DNA from: Macrostomum lignano
Taxonomy: Eukaryota
DNA: 64,000 nucleotides
Reading direction: 5' to 3'
NCBI GenBank assembly: GCA_002269645.1
Contig: NIVC01002524.1
Coordinates: 1 to 64,000 of the forward strand
Shown: positions 1 to 11,004 of the stretch, piece after piece
How the letters are laid out: each line of letters begins with the position of its first letter
Numbering within the stretch: position 1 is the stretch's first letter
Notes under the pieces: generated by a model
Seen by the model: the letters and a program-made list of their open reading frames with translations, nothing else
Database searches by the model: none
Told to the model about the DNA's origin: nothing
Program-made: the position numbers and the translations under genes

Positions 1-2068
1 CAACCAATCGTCAAGAACATGCCCGACACCCCAACCAATCGGTCAGGAACATGCCCAGACACCCCAACCAATCGTCAAGAACATGCCAGAGACCCCAACC
101 AATCGATCAAGAACATGCCCAGAGACCCCAACCAATCGGTCAAGAACATGCCAGACACCCCAACCAATCGGTCAAGAGCATGCCCAGACACCCCAACCAA
201 TCGGTCAAGAACATGCCAGACACCCCAACCAATCGGTCAAGAGCATGCCCAGACACCCAACCAATCGTCAAGAACATGCCCAGAGACACCAACCAATCGG
301 TCAAGAACATGCCCAGAGACACCAACCAATCGGTCAAGAACATGCCAGACACCCCAACCAATCGGTCAAGAGCATGCCCAGACACCCCAACCAATCGGTC
401 AAGAACATGCCCAGAGACACCAACCAATCGTTCAGGAACATGCCCAGAGACACCAACCAATCGGTCAAGAACATGCCAGAGACACCAACCAATCGATCAA
501 GAACATGCCCAGAGACCCCAACAAATCGGTCAAGAACATGCCCAGAGACCCCAACCAATCGGTCAGGACAGGAACATGCCAGAGACCCCTACCAATTGGT
601 CAGGAACATGCCCAGACACCCCAACCAATCGGTCAGGAACATGCCCAGACACCCCAACCAATCGGTCAAGAACATGCCCAGAGACACCAACCAATCGTTC
701 AGGAACATGCCCAGAGACACCAACCAATCGGTCAAGAACATGCCCAGAGACACCAACCAATCGATCAAGAACATGCCCAGAGACCCCAACAAATCGGTCA
801 AGAACATGCCCAGAGACCCCAACCAATCGGTCAGGACAGGAACATGCCCAGAGACCCCTACCAATTGGTCAGGAACATGCCCAGACACCCCAACCAATCG
901 GTCAGGAACATGCCCAGAGACACCAACCAATCGGTCAAGAACATGCCCAGAGACACCAACCAATCGTTCAGGAACATGCCCAGAGACACCAACCAATCGG
1001 TCAAGAACATGCCAGACACCCCAACCAATCGGTCAAGAGCATGCCCAGACACCCCAACCAATCGGTCAAGAACATGCCCAGAGACACCAACCAATCGGTC
1101 AAGAACATGCCCAGAGACACCAACCAATCGATCAAGAACATGCCCAGAGACCCCAACAATCGGTCAAGAACATGCCCAGAGACCCCAACCAATCGGTCAG
1201 GACAGGAACATGCCCAGAGACCCCTACCAATTGGTCAGGAACATGCCCAGACACCCCAACCAATCGGTCAGGAACATGCCCAGACACCCCAACCAATCGG
1301 TCAAGAACATGCCTAGAGACACCAACCAATCGTTCAGGAACATGCCAGAGACACCAACCAATCGGTCAAGAACATGCCCAGAGACACCAACCAATCGATC
1401 AAGAACATGCCCAGAGACCCCAACAAATCGGTCAAGAACATGCCCGACACCCCAACCAATCGGTCAGGACAGGAACATGCCCAGAGACCCCTACCAATCG
1501 GTCAGGACAGGAACATACCCAGACACCCCAACCAATCGGTCAGGAACATGCCCAGACACCCCAACCAATCGGTCAGGAACATGCCCAGACACCCCAACCA
1601 ATCAGTCAGGAACATGCCCAGAGACCCCAACCAATCGGTCAGGAACATGCCCAGAGACCCCAACCAATCGGTCAAAAACATGCCCAGACACCCCAACCAA
1701 TCAGTCAGGAACATGCCCAGAGACACCAACCAATCGGTCAGGAACATGCCCAGAGACCCCAACCAATCGGTCAGGAACATGCCCAGACACCCCAACCAAT
1801 CGGTCAGGAACATGCCCAGACACCCCAACCAATCAGTCAGGAACATGCCCAGAGACCCCAACCAATCGGTCAGGAACATGCCCAGACACCCAAACCAATC
1901 GGTCAGGAACATGCCCAGAGACCCCTACCAATCGGTCAGGACAGGAACATACCCAGACACCCCAACCAATCGGTCAGGAACATGCCCAGACACCCAAACC
2001 AATCGGTCAGGAACATGCCCAGAGACCCCAACCAATCGGTCAGGAACATGCCCAGACACCCCAACCAT
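1..2068 (+). repeat. ~31-33 bp minisatellite (CCCAACCAATCGGTCA(A/G)GAACATGCCCAGA(GA)CAC), ~64 units, in Kv channel intron
   Basis: Direct tandem repetition; begins off-window and ends ~48 bp from the Kv splice donor at 2116. It produces the repetitive ORFs 19..2082, 51..1316 and 83..2167. Confidence 0.98.
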
Positions 2069-2116
2069 CTGGCTTCGTCTGACTCCCAGCATAGCAGCAT
2101 TTTCGTAACAACTTAC

Positions 2117-2983
2117 CAGCGTTGGTCTGCGGTACCAGGTCTCCGTAGCCTACTGTTGTCATGGTAACCAGCGACCACCAGAAGCCGTCGAACATGGAGG
2201 TGAAACGCGAGTCGGTGCCCTGTCTGCCACCTCCGTTGCCCCCGCCGCCACCGCCTGGGCACTTTGAACAGTCAACGGTGCCTCCCTTGCCACCGCCGCC
2301 TCCGCTGGACGGCTCGTTGCGGGATTTCTCGCAGAAGAAGATCAACGTGCTGAACAGCAGGGTGCCCAGGGCAACAAAAACTCCCATGAGCATGAGGTCT
2401 CGGAATGAGGTGCGCAGAGTATAAATGAGCACCTGCAGGCCTCTGTAGTGCCGGCCGATTCGCAGCAGCCGCATGAACAGCGCGATCTTCAGGAAGGAGA
2501 TGTACTCAGCCAGGCCGAAATTGTTACTGTCCGAGAACTCGATAATGCCAAAGAAGAACTTCAGCAGCTCGTTCACGTAGAATGGCAAAATAGACAGCAT
2601 GTCGATGATAGTGTAATTGTTTTTAAAGTAGGCCAGCTTGTTCTTGCAGAAGAGCAGGCGGACGAAAAAGTCGAACGTGAGCACGCCGAAAGCAATCCAG
2701 TCTGGGAAGGTGAGCCAGTCCACCTTGATCTGCGGGTTGGTGTTCGTGTGGTTTCCGTACCAGGCCGGATGCTTGGCCGAGTAGAATGCAATCTCGCCTG
2801 GCGACATCGGCCGCTGAAATCGATCCGAGGTGCTGGCCACGAAGCTGAACACCGTGTAAAGCACCGTGACGCTCAGGATGACGGCGTACACGGCCGCCGG
2901 GAAGCTGGACGACGGATGGTCCAGAATCTTCCAGCAGCGACGGCGCAGAGCGGCCAGGGCGTCTTTCACGCGCCGGCGCCATC
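2117..2983 (-). CDS. Shaw: Shaw/Kv3-like voltage-gated K+ channel, exon encoding S1-S5 and pore helix/selectivity filter; gene continues beyond window start
   Basis: Translation WRRRVKDALAALRRRCWKILDHPSSS...FMRLLRIGRHYRGLQVLIYTLRTS...GFWWSLVTMTTVGYGDLVPQTNAG contains the TVGYGD signature. Acceptor ccgcag at 2986-2984; donor GTAAGT at 2116-2111; phase 1 matches the upstream exon. Confidence 0.95.
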
Positions 2984-3229
2984 CTGCGGCGAGTTGGAAT
3001 TAAAGAGGATTTCAAAACTGGCGAAGCGTTTTTGAGACAAGATTTGGTGTCGTTGAAAAACAAGGATTTGCCTGATTATGCGAGCTCGTAAGCTATTTTC
3101 GTCCAGAAATCCTACGACAGATCTAGTGGGATTTTCCTATATAGGAAGCTGTTTTATCGCTTGCTTCGGAAGGAAGATAGACTGAAATTCTCGATTCGAT
3201 TTTGCTTGAGTTAGATTGTCACTTTACTT

Positions 3230-3470
3230 CAGGTGTCGGCAAACCCCAGCCCGGGGGCCACATGCGGCACGCGAAGCCTCTCTATCTGGCCTTCGGGTCC
3301 TTTGGAACTTCACAATAGCAATCCGGCCCCGCTCAAGGTTTGTGTCTCTTCTCTCCAATCTTCTCTCTTACCTCTTCTCTCGTCTTCTCTTCCTTCTCTC
3401 CCATCTATTCCCCTCTCTCCTCTCCTCTCTCTTCTCTCTCCTCTCTACCCTCCTCTGGCTCGCACTCATG
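3230..3470 (+). mobile_element. hAT/Charlie-like non-autonomous element left end followed by CT-rich tract (copy 1)
   Basis: Starts CAGGTGTCGGCAAAC...GGGCCACATGCGGC, typical of Charlie-type ends. Shares GGGTCCTTYGRAACTTCACAATAGCAATCC...CAAGGTTYGTGTCTCTTCTC with the copy at ~15370. Confidence 0.6.
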
Positions 3471-3647
3471 CACCCGATTCTCTGGCCAAGGTTCTCCGCC
3501 TCTTTTAGTTTTCAATTCGATCCAACAGAAGATCCCTTCCTAGAATCAGTTCAGCAAGATATGGGAGTCCCATACTAGAGACTTAGAGACTAAACAAGGA
3601 ATATCAAGCATCTGGAAGTCTCAAGGATCACTCCATTATTTACGAAC

Positions 3648-3896
3648 CATGCGCCTTGGCCGGGTCAAGGTCCAGCGGATCGTCAAACTCCACCCCCTCA
3701 GGCAGCAGCAGCGGCTCGCTTTCCATCTCTTCTTTGAAGAAATTTTCAAACTTCTTCAAGCTGACCAGACGACTTTTAGTATCCATGAGGTGGCTCACGC
3801 AGCAGTTCTGGATCTCGATCACGGATTGGACACCCCACAGGGCCAGCTCGCGCTCCAGCAGCGGGCCGCAGTAGTGATGCGGTACGTGCAGTTCAC
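3648..3896 (-). CDS. Shaw: Shaw/Kv3-like channel exon, C-terminal half of T1 domain
   Basis: GELHVPHHYCGPLLERELALWGVQSVIEIQNCC matches Shaw [22 protein letters not shown]...CC. Acceptor ttcaag and donor GTTCGT; phase 1 at both ends, in frame with neighbours. Confidence 0.93.
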
Positions 3897-4348
3897 CTTG
3901 AAGGTTTGGATTTTATTTTTTATCGGTTTTTATAGGTTTTTTGGGTTTTTATAGTTAGCGCCTGACCTGATAAAACTGGCCAACAACTGGTCTAGACAAC
4001 TGTATAATGCCTGAAGTGCTGTATACCTGTATCACCTGCCCCTGGGTTTAGTAGCAGATCGATATTACCCTCGAACTTGCCATTCACGATGCAAGGGCTC
4101 GGGCCAGACCTCACAGAGCCAGATGCCAGAAGACATGCCAGAAGATGCAAAGGTCAGGACCTCTGTACTCTCTTCGTACGCTCGTATACATGTATGCTTC
4201 CCCCAAGGTCAGCAAAACATGAATAACTACTTGTCTCATAGGTACAACTGTCGCAATGACTTGAAGAAGCTTAACTTATTTATCTGCCACACTATTCGGA
4301 TAAGTTTACAGCCCGAGACTGTGAAGCTGTCAGCATCTCATCGCTCAC

Positions 4349-4696
4349 CGTAGCGGCAGTACCACAGCACGATCTTGAAGATGGCCGGGTCCCTGTCGAA
4401 GTAGTACTCCTGCTGAGCCGCCCTGTAGATGCCGTCGTGCAGAAGCTTATCGTAGATGTGCCGCTGCTTCAGCAGAGTCGAGCGCAGCACCTCGAACCGG
4501 GTGCCGCTGACGTTCATGCGGACCAATCCGAGCACGTCGATGCTGTCCAAGTCCAGCGACTCGCCGCACTCCATCGAGGCCTCGTCGATGAAGTGCAGAT
4601 TCTCGAAGTCTGTCTTGGCCAGCTCCAGCAGCTGCAGGCGCTGCGGGTCGCTCACTGTCGAGGACGCGCGGCTGCCCTTGCGACCTCGGCGGCCGA
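4349..4696 (-). CDS. Shaw: Shaw/Kv3-like channel exon, N-terminal half of T1 (BTB) domain
   Basis: VRMNVSGTRFEVLRSTL...EYYFDRDPAIFKIVLWYCRYG is a T1 motif. Acceptor ctcttcag at 4697; donor GTGAGC at 4348; phase 1/1. Confidence 0.93.
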
Positions 4697-5119
4697 CTGA
4701 AGAGACGGGACGTCGATTTTGGGATTAAATGGAATCGTTTTTCTCACATCCTAAAAAACTTCAAGTACTCAATATTTCGCCTACTCAAAACTATTCTTTG
4801 CAATCAGGAAATGCTAAAATGTGAAAAAAAAATTTTGTTCTCTAAGAGGAATTAAGTATTTATTTGTGTACCTTTTAGTGAAATTTCACATTTTGTAAAT
4901 GTTTCTTTCAAAAACGTACAGAGTTACAGAAAAATTATGGAAATTCATATCATGTAAAATTTTGTTTTACAAATATATATATTTGAAATACGAGTAGCCT
5001 TGTATCATGTCTTCCAAAGTAAAGCAAAACGGTGCATGCAGATGGTGACATTTGAGAGCATTTGTTAATTTCAGAAATAATCTGTACGGCATCGGAGGCC
5101 ATGAGTTACCAATCATTAC

Positions 5120-5240
5120 CTGTGGAGTTACCCAAACCAACTCTATGAGCATCGGAGGCCGCGGCGGACGCGGAGGCACCAGAGTGGTGCTGCTCCCTGT
5201 TTGAGAAGTCGTCGACCCGTCCGACGCGTTGGCAGTGCAT
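5120..5240 (-). CDS. Candidate alternative first coding exon of the Shaw-like channel (MHCQRVGRVDDFSNREQHHSGASAS...)
   Basis: ATG at 5240; 40 codons plus 1 nt to donor GTAATG at 5119; phase 1 compatible with exon 4696. No homology support. Confidence 0.4.
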
Positions 5241-5598
5241 GCCCACGCTCAAAGCTGCTCAAATCTCAGCCTCACAATCTCTGTCGAGTTTCTGATGATT
5301 TTCAATGCAGCTCACTCCTTGAATGGGATTCTAGGAAATAGAAATTCAACTTTCTTACGCATGGGAAATCCTGGTGCAAGGAAACTGATATACTGGGCCG
5401 GAAAATTTTGATTGGTCAGAAAGATTTTTGGTTGGATTTCAAGCCCCATTCTGAGCTGTCCATCCGCGATGGAGGATCTTGGTTGAAGCAGTGCGCTTCT
5501 TGCAGAATACTATAAACTTTTTACACTGGAAACTTGTTTTTATATCTGTCTGATTGGCTTTCCACACGGGGCCGCGAGGTTGGACCCGAAGTGGAATA

Positions 5599-6324
5599 AC
5601 AAGAGAAAATAAGACATCAAATGGCCGTTAAAGACGATTCCCTCAGCGCTAAAAATAGGCCGGGTCTGCTAAAGCGATGCGAAATCCTAAAAATCACATG
5701 GCATTCAAAAGCAAGCAATGAGAAAGAGCCCATTTGCTCTTCCGTTTGGGCCGTTCTGCGCCAGAAGTGCAGCACTTCCGGAAGGCACTTAGAAATTGAT
5801 TATGCTTGGTAAATCGGTATTGGCGCAAGATTTAGGGGAAGATAAAGATAAATGGCGTGGGATAACGAATCCAAAGCTAATTTATAGCTCCAAGGTAAGT
5901 CTGATAGCCCACAGGCCGAGTGGGCATGAACACTATAGGGTAGAACTGCTACCTGGAGAGAGCCGGGACTAAGCAGTCTTGCCACAGGCCGTGACCTGGA
6001 GTACTAGATCGAGTACGCACTAGGCAATGTGTTCTGCCACATGACCAGGCTGATCGACAAGCCCGTGCGTTTAGCTAAATTTGAAAAAACTTTTAATTTA
6101 CAGTCACCAACATTCATCTGTGAGATCTTCATTCACTGAGACCCCAAAGGTCCGGATTTCTTGTTCTTTTTCTAATGCATGTAATATGCTAGAGGCTTTC
6201 TACATGTCTGACAATGAGAAAGTCAGGACCTAGAAGGACTGAATCGTCTTTAGAATCGCCTAGAATCGTCTAGAATCGCCTAGAATCGTCTTTAACGGCC
6301 ATATGATGTCTTATTTTCTCTTGT
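5599..6324. mobile_element. Unclassified MITE-like element with ~42-bp terminal inverted repeats, in Kv intron
   Basis: 5599-5640 ACAAGAGAAAATAAGACATCAAATGGCCGTTAAAGACGATTC is the reverse complement of 6283-6324 (1 mismatch). No clean TSD resolved. Confidence 0.75.
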
Positions 6325-7064
6325 AAACCCTGTGAGAGCGTGTACTTCGTATGAGCGTGTCAGTTGAGCACTGCTGTCCTCGCCGCTGCTCCCATAATGC
6401 TTTCCATTGGATTTCCAATCCAGATTGGTCAGTCCAGAACTCCACGGCTGCGGCGAAGCAGGCAAACCTGCTGCGTAGAAGAAAAAAGCAGGAAATTTCT
6501 GAGCCCCCCCCAGCCTGCCACTTGCCACAGGTTCTTTGGGGAAATCGCGAAAAAATTTCATTTTATTCATTTCTTTATAAGACAGTTGTTCTAGTAGAAT
6601 AAAAAATTCTAGAAAATCGCGATTCGGCCTGGATTTTTACCGCCACCGGTTGAGCTTATCCCAAGGACAGCTAAAATAGGATGACGCAACACTTTGCATT
6701 TTGTTCCAATAGGATCTTTTCCGACCCATAAAACAATAAAGTAATGGCGGTAAACTTGACCGCTGTCTAAGCTGAGTTTTTTAGGAAATAAATTCGATTT
6801 CTACAAATGACAATTCTGTTTGACAAGAGCACACTAAATTGACGAATTTACCTTTGAAAATGTGTAAGTGTAAGTTTTAAGATTTTTCACTTCCTAAGTC
6901 ATAACAAAAAATGTTTTTTTTAACTCAATAGATACATTATTAAAAAAAATTATTTAGCTATAAAATGAACCTTGACATTAAAGAAGCTACTGAATCGTTT
7001 TAAAGTACGAATCGAAGGTAGCCTCCAATGGTAACCTTTTTCGATTTTTGCTCCCCTTTTACTT

Positions 7065-7281
7065 TCCAGGGTCATAGCTACGGTACTTACTCTCCCAGGG
7101 TCATAGCTACGGTACTTACTCTCCCAGGGTCATAGCTACGGTACTTACTCTCCCAGGGTCAAAGCTACGGTACTTACTCTCCCAGGGTCATAGCTACGGT
7201 ACTTACTCTCCCAGGGTCATAGCTACGGTACTTACTCTCCCAGGGTCATAGCTACGGTACTTACTCTCCCAGGGTCATAGC
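7065..7281 (+). repeat. 29-bp minisatellite (CCAGGGTCATAGCTACGGTACTTACTCTC), ~7.5 copies
   Basis: Near-perfect tandem copies; ends 66 bp from the Kv donor at 7347. Confidence 0.97.
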
Positions 7282-7347
7282 AATAGAATTTATTCTCCCA
7301 CGTGTCGGCTCCCAGACTCTCCCCCGAAAGCTGCTGAGTCTACTCAC

Positions 7348-7836
7348 GCCTGCCCGAGTAGCCCGGCTCCTCAGCGGCCGCCAGACTGCCAGCATCCGAG
7401 ACTCCAGCCTCATTAGCCGCGGCGTTGCCGGACGATGCGGATGTGGCTGCCGCCGCTGCCGCCGCTGCCGCTGCTGAGACAGCCGCCGCGGCCGCTAGGC
7501 TCTTCTTCCGGCGGAACAGCAGACTGCCCAAGCTGGGCCGACCGCCGCCGCCGCCGCCGCCACTGCTGTTGCCCTTCGCCTCGGAGCTCGCGTCTATCGA
7601 ATTCGCCGGGCTGCTCCTGGCGTTGTTTCGCCTGTCATTGTTGATGTCGGCTGCGACCACTGTCGGATAGGCGACTGCGCAGGAGGAACCGCTGCTGCTC
7701 CGGCTGATGGCGGAAGTTCCGGCAGCCGCTGCCGCCGCGGCCGCGTCCACAGTTGCCGAACGGTGCTGGAGAATCCGGGCAGTCAGCCGGCCAGATGGCG
7801 GAGGCTGGCAGTAGGAAATTTTTCTCTGCTGCTGCT

Positions 7837-7867
<31 letters not shown>

Positions 7868-7954
7868 TGCTGCCCTGGCATGCTTGCTGTTGCTGGGGTC
7901 TCTCTCTCGCAAAGAGAACTCATCAGTTGACGAGGTGTGCATAAAGTGAGCCAT
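7348..7954 (-). CDS. Shaw: Probable first coding exon of the Shaw-like channel (low-complexity polyQ/polyA/polyG N-terminus)
   Basis: ATG at 7954; 202 codons plus 1 nt to a consensus donor GTGAGT at 7347. Phase 1 joins exon 4696 in frame (C+TC = Leu). GC-biased codons like the other exons. Confidence 0.75.
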
Positions 7955-8629
7955 ATTCTACTGCTTTTAGAGCTCACAGACTTCGTTCGAGCTATAGAAA
8001 CTGTTCTGAAAGCAAAAATATTGATATTTTCAAACTTACTACTCATGCAGCAGTAGACGTCAGTAAAGTATTAGGTAAATCAAGATTTTTATGAAATGTA
8101 GACAATGGATAAATGTATCAATTGGAGCAATAGATAAGGGGATTACGATGGCGGCAATCAGTAGACATGCAGGTAGGCAAGGGATAACACAGCCGGCCTC
8201 CAGCGAGTCAGATTTTTCTGGCCCTCCTATCTGGCCTAGACATTTTTGCCGCCCTAGCTCCGGCTCTTACAAGCTGTCTGACTGGCCATCTAGTCTGCTT
8301 GCACTTCGGTGGGCAGCTTTCGCCACTTGCCTGCCAGCGCCGGCCAGAGGGACTTATGGATGGCCGGCATTGTGGAACTGCATTCTCAATGTTTACTAAA
8401 TATTCGTTTGACCCAACCTGCCCCCACTTCGTTCATGCCGTTAGGCAGTGAAATAGCTCATTAGTATTAGCGTTCTGTAAGTACCAGTAGTCTGTTAGTC
8501 TGTTCTTTCGCTGCCGTAGAAGCTTAAACACTGAGGCTCGAGGAAGCACTTGAAGCAAAAATACACTAAGAAACAAAGACACGGAAGATGCAGAAACACA
8601 GCCTAGTAGTGTATTTGGCTAAGACACGT

Positions 8630-9372
8630 ACGAGTCGAAGACACGAAGACACGAAAACATGCATGAAGACACATCGACATGAAGATAGAATGACATAAAG
8701 ACACGAAGACATGCATGAAGGGACATCGACATGAAAATAAGAAGACACGAAGACATGCATGAAGGGACATCGACATGAAAATAAGAAGACACGAAGACAT
8801 GCATGAAGGGACATCGACATGAAAATAAGAAGACACGAAGACATGCATGAAGGGACATCGACATGAAAATAAGAAGACACGAAGACATGCATGAAGGGAC
8901 ATCGACATGAAGATAGAATGACATAAAGACACGAAGACATGCATGAAGGGACATCGACATGAAAATAAGAAGACACGAAGACATGCATGAAGGGACATCG
9001 ACATGAAAATAAGAAGACACGAAGACATGCATGAAGGGACATCGACATGAAAATAAGAAGACACGAAGACATGCATGAAGGGACATCGACATGAAAATAA
9101 GAAGACACGAAGACATGCATGAAGGGACATCGACATGAAAATAAGAAGACACGAAGACATGCATGAAGGGACATCGACATGAAAATAAGAAGACACGAAG
9201 ACATGCATGAAGGGACATCGACATGGAAATAAGAAGACACGAAGACATGCATGAAGGGACATCGACATGGAAATAAGAAGACACGAAGACATGCATGAAG
9301 GCAGATCGACATGAAAATAAGAAGACACGAAGACATGCATGAAGGCACATCGACATGAAAATAAGAAGACGA
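8630..9372 (+). repeat. 44-bp minisatellite (GAAGGGACATCGACATGAAAATAAGAAGACACGAAGACATGCAT)
   Basis: Direct tandem copies with occasional GATAGAATGACATAAA variant; source of ORFs 8566..9395. Confidence 0.97.
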
Positions 9373-9649
9373 GGAGACACTGTAAACGGTCTCAAACCGA
9401 GCCCTTATGGTTAAAAAACAGTTTTACAGATGCTTTCCCTTAGATGATGATTTTCTAGACCGCTAAGCAGTCGTCTCACTGTAAGCAGCGCTCACTTTCT
9501 CAATAAAGAAATGTGACAACAGACTGGCAAAAAATAGATCTCCCACCATTCCAAATCCCTAGGCAATTAAAAAACAAGAACAGACTCGGATCGAGCTTGC
9601 GACCGCATTTCCCAACTGAGCACTTCTTATCGGCCAGCCTTCAGGCGGA

Positions 9650-9890
9650 TCCCAGGAGGATCAGAGGAAGATAGAGTTCACCCCCTCCAGTTGCTATTAT
9701 CCGGCCCACTGCCTGCCAGCGGGGCAGCCGCTGGAAACGGGGCCCAGAAATGAATTTGGACATCAGCGAATCCTGGAATAGCTATTGGATAATTTCAAGG
9801 CATCCGAAGCTATCTTTGTCGCTCTGCTAGCAGCTGTCGTGTTGTCGTGTGATCCAAATCCATGACGGCCAACTACCACAATACAGAGTG
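9650..9890 (-). pseudogene. Possible decayed AP-endonuclease fragment of a non-LTR retrotransposon
   Basis: Minus-strand VVGRHGFGSHDN, (frameshift) RQLLAE, LKLSNSY resembles the LINE APE motif GRHG.G..NDNG.RLL...L.I.NT.F. Weak and frameshifted. Confidence 0.3.
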
Positions 9891-10472
9891 TACATACCTG
9901 ACGATTAATTAGAAAGGAGTCAGCGGAATGGGCAGAGTTTCGTTAGTACTCTTAAGCAAGCAACTCGAACTCTTATTGTCCCGCTCTTATTGTTCCACTG
10001 TCTTTCTGCTTCCACTCTCCACAACAAAATGTTACGCACAGTTAAGCTGTTTTTGATAGATGAAGCCAATAAATTGTCTCTTTACTGCGCGCTAAATATC
10101 GCTTTATGGGAATTAGAAAACGATTTTTTCTCTTCCAAACTAAACCCCGGGGAGGTCAAAACAAACCGATGTATCATAATCTCTGCTTGCGGCCGCCAGC
10201 GCAGGGCCCTTGAATTCTGAATGCTTCGCGGGCCCCGTCGGAACTGTGATAGAAATTGAAAGGGCGAGGCCAGAAAAACAGTCGGCCGCAGAGAATTGGA
10301 AATTTCGGGCAACGTCCCAAAGTTCAGCGAAGGATTTTTTATCTAAGGCATGGATCAGCTGGGGGGGGCCTGCTTCACCTGGCCTCTACCAGGTCGCGGT
10401 CATAAAAACTTCTAATTGGAGAAAGTGGGTAGTAATGATGCTTGAGATAAATCAATCGGCTCTAATTGCGCA

Positions 10473-11004
10473 GGATCCGCCCCTATCTGCACACTATCCG
10501 CCCCTATCTGCACACGATCCGCCCCTATCTGCACACGATCCGCCCCTATCTGCACACGATCCGCCCCTATCTGCACACGATCCGGCACTATCTGCACACG
10601 ATCCGCCCCTATCTGCACACTATCCGCCCCTATCTGCACACGATCCGCCCCTATCTGCACACGATCCGGCACTATCTGCACACGATCCGCCCCTATCTGC
10701 ACACGATCCGCCCCTATCTGCACACGATCCGGCACTATCTGCACACGATCCGCCCCTATCTGCACACGATCCGCCCCTATCTGCACACGATCAGCCCCTA
10801 TCTGCACACGATCCGCCCCTATCTGCACACTATCCGCCCCTATCTGCACACGATCCGCCCCTATCTGCACACTATCCGCCCCTATTTGCACACGATCCGC
10901 CCCTATTTGCACACTATCCGCCCCGATCTGCACTCTATCCGCCCCTATCTTTACACGATCCGCCCCGATTTGCACACGATCCGCCCCTATCTGCACACTA
11001 TCCG
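10473..11004 (+). repeat. 21-bp minisatellite (GATCCGCCCCTATCTGCACAC), ~25 copies
   Basis: Direct tandem copies; explains ORFs 10210..11070, 10412..11164 and 10466..11023. Confidence 0.97.

Noticed and set aside
19-2167. Long ORFs of 421-694 aa at the window start
   Set aside because: Translations of the 32-bp minisatellite; open in several frames and strands, inside the Kv intron.
2161-3063. ORFs 2161..2424, 2448..3035 and 2623..3063
   Set aside because: Antisense or off-frame shadows of the GC-rich Kv exon.
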